64,000 nucleotides of DNA, taken from NCBI GenBank assembly GCA_039794845.1, contig JAUQVK010000103.1:1-64000 (forward strand), read 5' to 3'. A program made the translations under genes and the position numbers. This DNA is from Thermostichus sp. DRC_bins_24. GTDB taxonomy: Bacteria; Cyanobacteriota; Cyanobacteriia; Thermostichales; Thermostichaceae. Below, piece by piece: positions 41,972 to 52,099 of the stretch (positions are counted from its first letter, which is position 1; each line of letters starts with the position of its first letter). A model generated the notes under the pieces. The model did no database searches, was not told the origin of the DNA, and was given only the letters and a program-made list of their open reading frames with translations.

Positions 41972-42390
41972 GGTGCTGCAACTCCTGAACTGCTATAGGG
42001 ATCCCGAAAAAGGAAGGCTAAAGCCAACGGATGGCTGGCCACTCCAAAATCCAAACGGCTTAGACCATTGAAAGCAGACTACCCCCAGAAACTTCAATAC
42101 CCTCAAACCCTTGCTTAGCAGTCCTCAAACCCACCCTTAACCCCTGTGCCTGGGGGGGAAAAGAGGGAGGATTAGAGGAAGGTTCTTGGGGGAGTTCGCT
42201 CAATCTTGTTAAAGCTCCAACTTCAACTTTACCCAATACTCACACGCAACACGCGCACAACACGTGAAATCCACTCCTGCACAACAACCATCTCGGTTGG
42301 CCGCCACTGAGCCTGAGGAGTCTTCGCAAGAAGTTACTTTCCACAACCTAATTTATCATCCAGAAGCGGCTGCCGGCCCACCTTAGCGGT

Positions 42391-43299
42391 CTATTCTCCA
42401 ATTGTTTTACCAATCTTGATACATACCTTCACAACTTCTTCAGGAAACGTCATCCCCCCATCAGGGGATCCCTGACCGTTTGAAAGAGAGGCTGACTCTT
42501 CAGAAAGGGCCAAGGCATAACAACTGGCCAACAGTTGTGCGGAGCGAATTTCCCGCTCGGCATGGTGCTCCAAAATGCGCCGCAACAGACGTTCTGCCCC
42601 CAGCCAAGCGGCCAAAGGTAGGGAATCTTCAGACAGGGGCAAGGTGGGGTTGGGAAGGGATCCCAATGCTTGTAAAACCGTAGCCGAGACCCAAGAGATG
42701 GGGTTAGGCCGCTGCGCCACCCGACAGGGCTCACAGACCATGCCCCCGGAATTGAGGCTGAAAAAAGCACCGCCCGCTAGCCTCCCCCGACAGTAGTGAC
42801 AGGCTTGCACCTGAGGAGCAAAGCCGGCCAGTGCCAAGAGGTGATACAGCCCGTGGGTGAGTAGAGGCAAGACCTTTACGTCGGAACTGGCCTGTTCCAG
42901 ACGCTCCAGATGTTCCACCAGCAACACGAATAGATCCTCTTGGGTTTGTTCGGGCAGGGCCAAAATCAGGGTGACCTCCGCCAGGTATTGAGCCGCCGTG
43001 AGATGGGCCAGACTGCGGCTGAGGCGGGGAAAACTTTGCAGGGTTTCCGCTTGGGCGATGCGTTGCAACCTCTGGGAGGCATCGGCTTGGGTTGGCCAAC
43101 GCCCCTGGGCAATAAGCAGGTCGTTGATCACAAAAGGTTCCATGCGTCCCCCCAGTTTGGAGGGCTGCTTGCGGGCTCCCTTGGCTACCGCCCGAATCAA
43201 CCCCTGCTCGCGGGTAAGGATGATGATGATCCGATCCGACTCCCCCAGTGGGATCCCTTTCAAATTGATGCCCGTAACCCGATAGGTGCGCCCACTCAT
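42391..43299 (-). CDS. recO: DNA repair protein RecO
   Basis: GESDRII, RAVAKGAR, Zn-binding CHYC...CEPC; overlaps the deoC stop. Confidence 0.93.
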   Translation of the reverse strand: MSGRTYRVTGINLKGIPLGESDRIIIILTREQGLIRAVAKGARKQPSKLGGRMEPFVINDLLIAQGRWPTQADASQRLQRIAQAETLQSFPRLSRSLAHLTAAQYLAEVTLILALPEQTQEDLFVLLVEHLERLEQASSDVKVLPLLTHGLYHLLALAGFAPQVQACHYCRGRLAGGAFFSLNSGGMVCEPCRVAQRPNPISWVSATVLQALGSLPNPTLPLSEDSLPLAAWLGAERLLRRILEHHAEREIRSAQLLASCYALALSEESASLSNGQGSPDGGMTFPEEVVKVCIKIGKTIGE

Positions 43300-43997
43300 G
43301 CGCTGGCCGCTCCTTTGGCGTGGAGTTCTTGCATCAGCTCCAGCCCCCAGGAGGTGCCAATGCGACTGGCTCCTGCCTCGATCATCGCCTCCGCCTGAGC
43401 CACCGTCCGAATGCCCCCCGATGCCTTAACCGCCACCTTCCCCTGGCTCAGTCGCCACAGCAGTTGCACATCCGCCACCGTCGCTCCCCCCATCCAGCCG
43501 GTGGAGGTCATTAAAAAGTCCACACCCGCATCGATGCACACCTCTGCCGCCAGTTTCTTTTCTTCTTCGGTGAGGAGTGCGGTTTCCAAAATGGCCTTGA
43601 TACAGACCCCCGTCTCTTCTACCAATTGCGCAATTTCGGCATGGAGGCGATCCAACTCTCCCGCCTTCAGCCAACCCAAGTTGATGCGCACATCGAGCTC
43701 TTGGCAGCCCTGCTCTACGGCTACTTGCGCCTCATAAAGTTTTACCTCTGCCGTTGCTGTGCCCATCGGAAACCCCACCACCGTGCTCACCCGTACCGGG
43801 GATCCGTGCAGACGCTCGACCGCCCGCGGTACATAACAGGGGGCAATGCAAACACTGGGGAAGCGATAGCGCAGCGCCACCTCACACGCCTGATCGATCT
43901 GCTCTGGGGTAGCCATCGGCAGCAATAGGGTGTGGTCGATGTATTCCGCCAAATGGATTGGGCCATCCACAGCGCCCTTGCGCTCCAGAGAGAGCAT
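43296..43997 (-). CDS. deoC: Deoxyribose-phosphate aldolase
   Basis: IDHTLL, VVGFPMG, KAILET, VKASGGIR and RIGTS. Confidence 0.92.
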   Translation of the reverse strand: MLSLERKGAVDGPIHLAEYIDHTLLLPMATPEQIDQACEVALRYRFPSVCIAPCYVPRAVERLHGSPVRVSTVVGFPMGTATAEVKLYEAQVAVEQGCQELDVRINLGWLKAGELDRLHAEIAQLVEETGVCIKAILETALLTEEEKKLAAEVCIDAGVDFLMTSTGWMGGATVADVQLLWRLSQGKVAVKASGGIRTVAQAEAMIEAGASRIGTSWGLELMQELHAKGAASA

Positions 43998-44165
43998 TTG
44001 TTAATCCCACAGCACCGCCAACCTCCACTCTAGCGCCAGGCTCTGGCCTTGGGGATTCCCGCAGAAGATAGGCCTTTTTCCCTTTTTGGCTGCAAAAGTA
44101 GCAAGCACAACTGCTCGCTTCCAGAGAAGCCGCTACCCTACCGCTATCCTTGGCTGGATCTGCCC

Positions 44166-45191
44166 ATGCTGGTGACGCAACAACCTGTCTTGAAGCGGTT
44201 TTGGTATCCGGTGATCCCTGTCAGCCACCTGCAAGCGGGGCCAAAGCCGTTTGAGTTGCTGGGGCAGCGAATCGTGCTCTGGTTGGATCCAACGGGAAAA
44301 CCCGCCGCCGTCGAAGATCGCTGTTGCCATCGCACGGCGCGACTTTCGCAAGGTTGTGTGGTGGAAGGAAGGATTCAGTGCCCCTACCACGGCTGGCAAT
44401 TCGATGGCTCCGGGGCCTGTGTCAAGGTACCACAGCTGACGGCAACAGAACGGATCCCGAGCAGCTATAAAGTGAGGGCTTTTCAAACTCAAATTCGCTA
44501 CGACTACGTTTGGGTGTGTTTGCATGATCGGCCCCTGCAGCCCATCCCCGATTTTCCCGAGGCGGAGGATCCGGGTTTTCGAGTCATCCACCATTTTTAT
44601 CAGCGCTTCCCGTGCAGTGGCCTGCGCATGATGGAAAACCTCTTGGATAATGCCCATTTCAGCATCGTTCATACCCAAACCTTCGGAGATACCAGCAACC
44701 CCATCCCCCCGCCGATGGAACTAGAAGAACTGGAATGGGGCTTACGGGCTCGCACCGCCATACCCGCCACCAACCCGCCTCTACAGCAGCGAAACCTGGG
44801 CATTTTCGAGGAGAAAACCATTCGTTATACCGATGCAACTTGGTTTATGCCGTTCGTGCATCGCGGCCGTATCACTTATCCCAATGGGTTAATCGCCGTG
44901 CTGTTTATGGCTGCTACCCCCATTAACGATCGCGAGTCTCAGTTGGTGCATTTTTGGATTCGCAGCGACCGAGAAGAAGATGTTCCTGCTGCGGGGATCA
45001 TCGAGTTCAACCGCATGGTGGTTCAAGAAGACGAGGCCATTTTGCAAACCACCACCTGGGATACTCCCCTCAGCATCGAAGCCGAGCAACACCTGGCCGC
45101 CGATAAGCCAGGGATCCTGATGCGCCGCAAACTGGCTGCCCTCCTCAAGGCTCACGGAGAAACCGAGCAACGGCACCAAGCTTCAGGGTAA
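44166..45191 (+). CDS. Rieske non-heme iron oxygenase alpha subunit (VanA/NdmA-like demethylase class)
   Basis: CCHR...CPYHGW Rieske motif; ENLLDNAHFSIVH and ED mononuclear iron ligands. Confidence 0.9.
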   Translation: MLVTQQPVLKRFWYPVIPVSHLQAGPKPFELLGQRIVLWLDPTGKPAAVEDRCCHRTARLSQGCVVEGRIQCPYHGWQFDGSGACVKVPQLTATERIPSSYKVRAFQTQIRYDYVWVCLHDRPLQPIPDFPEAEDPGFRVIHHFYQRFPCSGLRMMENLLDNAHFSIVHTQTFGDTSNPIPPPMELEELEWGLRARTAIPATNPPLQQRNLGIFEEKTIRYTDATWFMPFVHRGRITYPNGLIAVLFMAATPINDRESQLVHFWIRSDREEDVPAAGIIEFNRMVVQEDEAILQTTTWDTPLSIEAEQHLAADKPGILMRRKLAALLKAHGETEQRHQASG

Positions 45192-45230
45192 TTCCTAAAC
45201 CCATACGGCTCTTTAACTTCTTTAACTAAT

Positions 45231-45735
45231 GAGGGGTAAGCCTGCGGCACGCTGCGCTACAGGGAGCGATGACCCTCCGGGTCGTCCGGAGGACAATGAC
45301 CCTCCGGGTCGTGCGGAGCACGATAGGTCCCGTGCTCTGCCCCCTAGGGTCAGCGTCGGGATACATGGACTCCCCGCGCTTGTCGATTCCCCTGCATGGG
45401 CAGGAGACAACCATTCACTGTTCAGTCTGGTGAGCGGTAGAACACAGCTACGCTGACCATGAACTACACCTATCGCATCTATTCGAATCCATCCCAATGC
45501 CCCACAGCAGAGTCCTCTGCGGTCGGGGCTTGAACCGTGCAGAGGCCTGTATAACTACGCCTTGCGCCAACTCAAAGACCGGATTGCCTCGCGTAAGTGT
45601 CCGATAGACCGATGCTCGTTGGACAAGGAATACATTATTCCTGCCGATGAGCTGTTTCCGTCTTATCACCGTCGGCAAAACAACCTGCCCAAAGCCAAGG
45701 AGCAATTCCCACATCAAGAAGCAGTTCCCACATTG
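45231..45735 (+). mobile_element. tnpB: IS200/IS605 (IS1341-like) remnant: structured leader plus truncated tnpB 5' end
   Basis: ATG at 45459, MNYTYRIY..., then LEPCRGLYNYALRQLKDRIASRKCPIDRCSLDKEYIIPAD..FPSYHRRQNNLPKAKEQFPH; frameshifted and truncated. Confidence 0.8.
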
Positions 45736-45822
45736 GGGTGTGGGATCCAATCCTTCCCCAAAACCGGGTAATTGGGTGGGGATCCCTGACGGGTTAGACT
45801 ACTTCTCTGTTGGGCACTTCGA

Positions 45823-45983
45823 TTACAGCCCTTGGGCGGGTTTTCTACAGCAGGGAGCGTGTTTCCTGTTCTCGCTCCGCGAGGTGCGGAGCACTAGCCT
45901 TCTAGAGAGCGGATCCTAACTCCCACAGTTGTTGTGCGTGACCGGCGGACACGCCGGTGTGCCCCGGGCGTAAAGGGCTGTAA
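45823..45983 (+). mobile_element. MITE-like element, copy C (161 bp, most complete)
   Basis: TTACAGCCCTT...AAGGGCTGTAA termini; contains all internal modules. Confidence 0.82.
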
Positions 45984-46185
45984 ACGATACATACACTGGG
46001 ATCCCCATATTCCTTTCCTAGCAAGAGATTCACAGGCTGAAATAAAGGGGAGTCGTTGGTTCAATTCCAGCACAGCCCACATCTCCAGAATCTGTTGTTC
46101 GGCTATTCGGCCGGTTCTTAGCACCAGTGGCTTCACATCAGCCCCGTGCAAGGTCGGAGCTTTACTCAGCCCAATCTCGGGATCC

Positions 46186-46917
46186 TCATAAATCCAGACC
46201 ATTCGGCCAGGCTTGTGCTTGCCAATCCACCTCGAAACACTGCCGCGCCACCCGCAAAAAATGGTCGATCAAGCCCGGGATCCCGGGCGCCTCCGGGCAA
46301 ATCTCGTGAATCCCGATCACCTGAGAACCTGGCAAATACTGCCCCCAAAGCTCCAGATTGGGCCGCAGCAAAAGGGATCCCTGTTGTAGGATCCCCCAGG
46401 GTTGCCACAGTTGCGCACTGCCCATCAGCTTTTTGCCCTGCCAGCTCAGATCGGCCCGGGTGCGGGTGGCGAAGCAACTGGTTTTGTTGAGGTAGAGGCG
46501 TTCGTGGGTCTGGCATTCGGGAGAGCTCGGGGGATCCACAGCAATGCCCAACTCCGCCAACCCCTGCACCCAAAAGCGGCAGCAGTAGTCGTACACACAG
46601 GCCCGCTTCAAGTTGGGCAACCTTGCTTGCAAAGAGGACAGGGGCATAACCAAGCTGTAGGTGAGCTCTGCCGCATCCTCAGCCGCCTGATGCAACACCG
46701 CTCGCCCCCCTGTAGGCCGCTGCACCGTTGGGATCCCTGGCGGCGGATCTGACCAAACTTGATGTCGCCCCAGCGAGAGGGTGAGCCGATCCCAGCCATA
46801 AAAGCGTAAACAGGGCTGTGGATCCCGACGGAGCCTGTGCAAAAGCTGGCGATCCTGCTCCATTTGCCAAGTGCCAGAGGCCACCCGATAGGGCAGCCAG
46901 TACCCGTGGGATCCCAT
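46186..46917 (-). CDS. Lipoate-protein ligase A / octanoyltransferase family protein
   Basis: LRFYGW, LSLGRHQ, RPTGGRAVLH and KLMGSAQ. Confidence 0.9.
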   Translation of the reverse strand: MGSHGYWLPYRVASGTWQMEQDRQLLHRLRRDPQPCLRFYGWDRLTLSLGRHQVWSDPPPGIPTVQRPTGGRAVLHQAAEDAAELTYSLVMPLSSLQARLPNLKRACVYDYCCRFWVQGLAELGIAVDPPSSPECQTHERLYLNKTSCFATRTRADLSWQGKKLMGSAQLWQPWGILQQGSLLLRPNLELWGQYLPGSQVIGIHEICPEAPGIPGLIDHFLRVARQCFEVDWQAQAWPNGLDL

Positions 46918-46938
46918 GTTTGTTGGCAAAGCTAGGGG

Positions 46939-47412
46939 TTAAGCCTTCGGGAACTCGGTTTGTAGAGGCTCATCGTATTCATCTGCCAAGCTGGCCACGA
47001 TGGTGATGGCACGAGAAATTTCACCCGCGGTGATCCCTTCCAGGGTGCGGTAGTAGTTGAGCACCACCTGATCATTCCAAATGCAAAAGCGGGCTTCGAG
47101 GGTGTCGCTCCAGTTTTTCTCCAGCAATTTTTGCATCAATTTGGCCGGCTCTGCCACGGGTAGGGTTAAGACTGGCGACCACACCGAAAGGGTGTCTTCT
47201 ACAGATTCGCCGCTCAAATGGACGAATACTTCCACCGTGCCGTAGGTGAACTTCCAGGTGTGCCCCTGCTCATGGTTCTCGTAGGCGGCATCCTCCTTGA
47301 GGCTAGAGACCACTGCTGAGACGATCTCGGCGTAGTGGATCGGTTCTTGCGAGTCCAGAAAAGTTTCTGGAGAACGGTCGAAGGCGCTCATGAGCGGCTC
47401 ACTGTAGACCAT
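46939..47412 (-). CDS. YbjN-domain (type III chaperone-like) protein
   Basis: WKFTYGTVEVFV, LLEKNW and EISRAITIVASLADEYD. Confidence 0.82.
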   Translation of the reverse strand: MVYSEPLMSAFDRSPETFLDSQEPIHYAEIVSAVVSSLKEDAAYENHEQGHTWKFTYGTVEVFVHLSGESVEDTLSVWSPVLTLPVAEPAKLMQKLLEKNWSDTLEARFCIWNDQVVLNYYRTLEGITAGEISRAITIVASLADEYDEPLQTEFPKA

Positions 47413-47540
47413 GGTCTTGTTCCCTACTCCCTATCCAACCACCTCAACTATACCGCCTGGAGATCCGACCCATCCGGTCACCCACTTTGAGGCCATTCTC
47501 GAGCCAGAATAAAACTGTTCGTGGTCGAGGAGGTTCTCCG

Positions 47541-47873
47541 ATGCCGCAGATCCAAGTTCAAGAGCGTACCCTTTCCTGTGGGGAGGGAGCCAATCTCCGC
47601 CAGGTGTTGCTAGAAGCTGGGATCCCGCTTTACAATCCACCGGCTCACATTGTGAACTGTCATGGGCTGGGCACCTGTGGTACCTGTGCGGTGCAGATCG
47701 AAGGAGACGTTTCCCCAATGGGCTGGCGAGAGCGAACCCGTCTGTCTTTGCCCCCCCATCAGCTCTCAAAAGGGTTGCGCTTGGCCTGTCAGGTGCAGGT
47801 GCTGGGGGATCTCAAGGTAACCAAGTGGCCGGGCATGTGGGGACAAAACATACCCTCGGCAACGCAAGCGTAA
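47541..47873 (+). CDS. 2Fe-2S ferredoxin-like protein
   Basis: NCHGLGTCGTC...RLACQ. Confidence 0.9.
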   Translation: MPQIQVQERTLSCGEGANLRQVLLEAGIPLYNPPAHIVNCHGLGTCGTCAVQIEGDVSPMGWRERTRLSLPPHQLSKGLRLACQVQVLGDLKVTKWPGMWGQNIPSATQA

Positions 47874-47884
47874 AGGATAGACCT

Positions 47885-48649
47885 GTGAACTCTTGGCAAT
47901 CTGATCCCCTTCAGTCTGCTCCTTTTGGCGAAGGGATGATCGGCATTCTCGGGGCCCTGCCGGAAGAGGTGGCCATGCTCACCGAGGCGATGGAAACCCT
48001 CTCCACCCAAACCCATCTGGGACGGCAATTTCATCAGGGATCCCTGGCCGGACAACCGGTGGTGGTGGTGCAGGGGGGGGTGGGCAAGGTGAGGGCGGCA
48101 ACCACGGCGGCCCTGTTGGTGGCGCATTTTCCGTTGCGGGGCATCCTTTTCACGGGGGTGGCTGGCGCTTTGGTGGAGCATCTGCAGATGGGGGATGTGG
48201 TGCTGGCCCACGCGGCCATTGAGCACGATTTCGGCACCGGACGGGAGGAGGGCTTTGTGTTGGGCATTGATTTTATTCCTGAGTTACGGCACCCCTTGGC
48301 CCAAGCCGATAGCGCCCTTTACGACCTGATCGTGGCCCATCCCGAGAAGATTCCCCTCCACCCTCTGCAAGGGCGGGATCCCGTCATTCATCAAGGCTTG
48401 GTGGCAACCGGGGATGTGTTTGTGGCCCATGCGGGGTTGCGGCAAGAGATCCAAAAACGCACGGGTGCGCTGGTGGTGGAAATGGAGGGGGCAGCGGTGG
48501 TGCGCGTGGCCCAAGAGGCCGGGATCCCCTGTTTGCTGGTGCGCTCCGTCAGTGATGCCGGGGATGATACGGATTTTTTGAGCTTTTTTCAGACAGCAGC
48601 TCTCAATTCAGCGGCAGTGGTCAACACCGTGCTGCAAAACCTGCCCTAG
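47885..48649 (+). CDS. mtnN: 5'-methylthioadenosine/S-adenosylhomocysteine nucleosidase
   Basis: IGILGALPEE, GVGKV, FTGVAG, TGDVF, EMEGAA and RSVSD. Start at 47885 or 47936. Confidence 0.92.
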   Translation: MNSWQSDPLQSAPFGEGMIGILGALPEEVAMLTEAMETLSTQTHLGRQFHQGSLAGQPVVVVQGGVGKVRAATTAALLVAHFPLRGILFTGVAGALVEHLQMGDVVLAHAAIEHDFGTGREEGFVLGIDFIPELRHPLAQADSALYDLIVAHPEKIPLHPLQGRDPVIHQGLVATGDVFVAHAGLRQEIQKRTGALVVEMEGAAVVRVAQEAGIPCLLVRSVSDAGDDTDFLSFFQTAALNSAAVVNTVLQNLP

Positions 48650-50463
48650 CCCTTCTTGAGCCAATCTTGAATTTCCTGCGCCAACCAGCGGCACTCCACC
48701 CAGCTGAGGGGATAGCCCCCCAGTCGGTAACTTTTAATGCCCACCTGCAGGGTTACCCAGTGGCTGTTCACCGCCCAAGGCACCTGTTGCCCTTGTTCGT
48801 GGAAAGCGCCCAAAACGGCGGCGGTCGGCTCCTGTCGCCGCAGGTAAATGCCCAAAAACCGCCGCTCGATCTGAACCTGATCCCGCCGCAGGGTAAGGCG
48901 GGTACGGCCAAACGCCACCTGGAATCCCCACGCGGCCACCCCCCACAAGGCCAAGGCAAACGGCCAGGATCCCAGGGATAAGATCACCGCTGCAAAGACA
49001 GTCCAAAGCCCCACCGGAAACAGATCCCCCCAGTAGAGTCCTCGTCGGGGCAAGCAGATCTGCACCTGTGCGGGGGTGGCCTCCAGTTGGATGCGGCAGC
49101 CGTAGGGTTTCGGGATCCGTTGCGGCATCGGGTTCCGTCTGGAGTCGGCAGAGAGGGGTTCGCCACGGGCAGCGGTGAAGAAGCACTGGGGGTAGTGAAT
49201 CTTCTGCAGATGGGCAAGGAGATGACCTGCTGTGAGCTGGGTGAGATCCCGAGGGATCCCGTCTGAGCCATCTGAGTTGGGGAGCTTGGGGTCTGGGGGT
49301 GGCTCATCGGGGTGCAAACTCTGCAAAGCCTGCAGTGCTGCCAAGGCAGTGCGATAGCGGTTTTCCGGGGCCGGTTCGATTAAGCGGTCGATCCAACGGG
49401 CCAAGGCCGGGGAAATGCTGATGCGTCCGGCGAACTGGATCTTCAACCGGTGCTGTGGCAAATCGGCAGGAGGGGTGCCGGTGAGCAAATGGATCAGGGT
49501 AGCCCCCAGCGCGTACAGATCCGAAGCGGGTACGGCCCGCCCACCAAATTGTTCTACCGGAGCATAGCCGTAGGATCCCACCACCGTAAAGCTCTGGCCA
49601 GGACTGGGGCTGCGATCCTGTACCGAGCCAAAGTCCACCACATGGGTGCGGCCCCGGTCATCGGCAATCAGGTTGCTGGGTTTGATATCCCGATGCAAGA
49701 GGGGCGGGCTGAGTTGGTGCAGGTAGACCAAAACCGACAGCACATCGGCTGCAATCCGCCGCACCTCTGCCTCGGTGAAGCGATGCCCCGCCTCCAGAAG
49801 CGCCTTGAGGGAGTGTCCCGGCACGTAGGTCTGGGCCAAGCCAAACCAGGTGGTGTGGTCAGGGGTGGTGAATTCAAATGAGTCGCAATAGCGGGGGATC
49901 AAGGGGTGATCCAGATGCTGCAGCACACGTGCTTCCCGCTGGAACAACTTAAAATCGGCCCACTGCAAGCCCGGTTCAAAGGGCAACAGCTTGAGCACCA
50001 CTTGAGTGGGGTGGTGTGCCCCGGCTCCCTTCTTGCTTTCGGCCAACCAAGTGCGCCTGCGATCATTCTGGGCCAACTGCCGCAGCAGCCGATAGGTTCC
50101 CGCCAGAATGGCCCCGGTTTGCAAAAGGTTAGCGGGCGGATCCTGCTCTGACTCCTGGGAAGGTCCCGACAATACACACACCTGTCGCCACTGGGGTTTT
50201 GCCCCTTGCCCCCCTGAGATCTCCGCTGAGATCTCTAACGTGTCGAGGCCAGGGATCCCTAGGCGCAAAAAGCCCGCCTGCAGGGAAGGGATCACTGCAG
50301 CCGCTGCAACACTCCGCTCGGTTTGCAACTGGATGTGCAGGGTGGAGCCCCTCCGAGTCAGGAGGGGCCGGATCCCTTTCGGGCCCAAAGCACGGTGCAG
50401 CAGTTGAGTAAGGGCGGCCAGATCCCCCTGTCGCGCCGGTTTTATCAGGTCAGAGTGGTTCAT
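48646..50463 (-). CDS. Hanks-type Ser/Thr protein kinase with N-terminal accessory domain and C-terminal membrane region
   Basis: VVLK, FQREA, HRDIKPSN, DFG, GSYGYAPVE and SDLYALG; two C-terminal TM helices. Confidence 0.92.
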   Translation of the reverse strand: MNHSDLIKPARQGDLAALTQLLHRALGPKGIRPLLTRRGSTLHIQLQTERSVAAAAVIPSLQAGFLRLGIPGLDTLEISAEISGGQGAKPQWRQVCVLSGPSQESEQDPPANLLQTGAILAGTYRLLRQLAQNDRRRTWLAESKKGAGAHHPTQVVLKLLPFEPGLQWADFKLFQREARVLQHLDHPLIPRYCDSFEFTTPDHTTWFGLAQTYVPGHSLKALLEAGHRFTEAEVRRIAADVLSVLVYLHQLSPPLLHRDIKPSNLIADDRGRTHVVDFGSVQDRSPSPGQSFTVVGSYGYAPVEQFGGRAVPASDLYALGATLIHLLTGTPPADLPQHRLKIQFAGRISISPALARWIDRLIEPAPENRYRTALAALQALQSLHPDEPPPDPKLPNSDGSDGIPRDLTQLTAGHLLAHLQKIHYPQCFFTAARGEPLSADSRRNPMPQRIPKPYGCRIQLEATPAQVQICLPRRGLYWGDLFPVGLWTVFAAVILSLGSWPFALALWGVAAWGFQVAFGRTRLTLRRDQVQIERRFLGIYLRRQEPTAAVLGAFHEQGQQVPWAVNSHWVTLQVGIKSYRLGGYPLSWVECRWLAQEIQDWLKKG

Positions 50464-50566
50464 TCGCGGTACCCGAGCCTGATCTCTAGGGTAGGCTGAC
50501 GACGAGCTACGAGAAGGGCGATTTTAGGATTTGCCCAACGCGCCCCAGTGGGGGATCCCGGCGGGG

Positions 50567-52099
50567 TCAGGGTTGGGCCGCTGCTGCTTGCCGTGCCAAG
50601 ACCCACTCCACCAGCGTGCGTACCCCGTAGCCCGTAGCCCCTTTGTTGTTGTAGCCGGAGTCTCGCTCCGTCCATACCGGGCCAGCCACATCCAAGTGGG
50701 CCCAGGGGGTTTTCTCTACAAATTGCTTCAGGAACAGCGAGGCAGTGATCGAGCCGCCCGGACGGGGGCCGGTATTTTTCATATCCGCCACGATGGAGCT
50801 GAGCCCCTCGAAGTAGCTCTCCTCCATCGGCATCCGCCAAATTTTCTCCCCCGAAAGATTGGCTGCCTGCTGCAATTCCTGAGCTAGGGTCTCATCTTGA
50901 GTGAACAACCCGGCAATTTCTTCTCCCAATGCAATCACACAAGCGCCCGTCAGGGTGGCCAAATCGAGAATGGCATCCACCCCCAACTTTTCGGCAAACA
51001 CCAGCGCATCCGCCAAGGTGAGGCGACCTTCCGCATCGGTGTTGTTGATCTCGATGGTCTTCTGGTTGGAGGCGGTAAGGATATCCCCTGGGTGCATGCC
51101 GTGGCCGCTGATCATGTTTTCGGTAGCGGCGACGATAAAGTGCAGCTCTGCCTGAGGCTTGAGGGCGGCCAGGGCACGCGCTGCCCCCAAGACCGCCGCG
51201 GATCCCCCCATATCGGTTTTCATCATGGCGATGCTGCGGGAGTCGGTTTTGATGTTCAAGCCGCCGGAGTCGAAGGTGAGACCCTTGCCCACCAGCGCCA
51301 ACTTGGTGACGGGATCCCCCTGTTCGGGCTTGTAGGTGAGGTGAATAAACTGCGGCGGCAGATCCGAGGCTTTGGCCACCCCCAAAAAGGCTCCCATGCC
51401 CAGGGCTTCGCATTCTTCCTGGCCCAAAATCTCCACCTGTAGGCCGTACTCCTGGGCCAGTTGACGCGCAGTCTCCGCCAGCGTGAGGGGGGTAACAATG
51501 TTGGCGGGGGCAGCCACCAGTTCCCGTGCCAAGATTGTGCCCGCCGCCAGTTCGATAGCCCGTTGCAGCGCGGCTTCGTAGTCGGGGCGAGCCTGGGCCA
51601 ACCCTGGTACCAAGAGGGTTACCTCCTGCACCGAAAACCCACTGTCTCCCTCACCTTTGGGCTGCGACTTAAACCGGACATCTTGATGAGCCACCAACAG
51701 GCTGGCTTCGGCCACCGCCTGCACCACCCGCACCCGATCCAGACCGGTTTCCGGCAAAGACAGCATCACCTGCTTGGCTTTTAAGCTGTGGGCCTGGCGC
51801 AGGCCGTTGGCTGTGGCCCGGCGCAGGGCTTCTAAGGTGAGGGTGGCGGGATCCCCCAACCCCACCAACACCACCTTGCGGATGTCTCCAGTTACTCGCA
51901 GCGCGACGCTGCTGTTGGGCTTCCCCTGAAATCCCTGCTCCTGGACGACTTCCGCCAGCAGTCCCGACCACACTTTCTCATCCCAAGGGGCGATCTCGCC
52001 AGGCAAGGAGAAGTTGCCATTCCCACCCGAGGGGGCAAAGCAGTAAACCAGGGCACATTCCCCCTGAGTGAGCGGCGGATCGCTGAGATGGAGCTGCAT
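50567..52099 (-). CDS. pepA: Leucyl aminopeptidase (M17)
   Basis: [25 protein letters not shown] and ATLTGA. Confidence 0.96.
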   Translation of the reverse strand: MQLHLSDPPLTQGECALVYCFAPSGGNGNFSLPGEIAPWDEKVWSGLLAEVVQEQGFQGKPNSSVALRVTGDIRKVVLVGLGDPATLTLEALRRATANGLRQAHSLKAKQVMLSLPETGLDRVRVVQAVAEASLLVAHQDVRFKSQPKGEGDSGFSVQEVTLLVPGLAQARPDYEAALQRAIELAAGTILARELVAAPANIVTPLTLAETARQLAQEYGLQVEILGQEECEALGMGAFLGVAKASDLPPQFIHLTYKPEQGDPVTKLALVGKGLTFDSGGLNIKTDSRSIAMMKTDMGGSAAVLGAARALAALKPQAELHFIVAATENMISGHGMHPGDILTASNQKTIEINNTDAEGRLTLADALVFAEKLGVDAILDLATLTGACVIALGEEIAGLFTQDETLAQELQQAANLSGEKIWRMPMEESYFEGLSSIVADMKNTGPRPGGSITASLFLKQFVEKTPWAHLDVAGPVWTERDSGYNNKGATGYGVRTLVEWVLARQAAAAQP

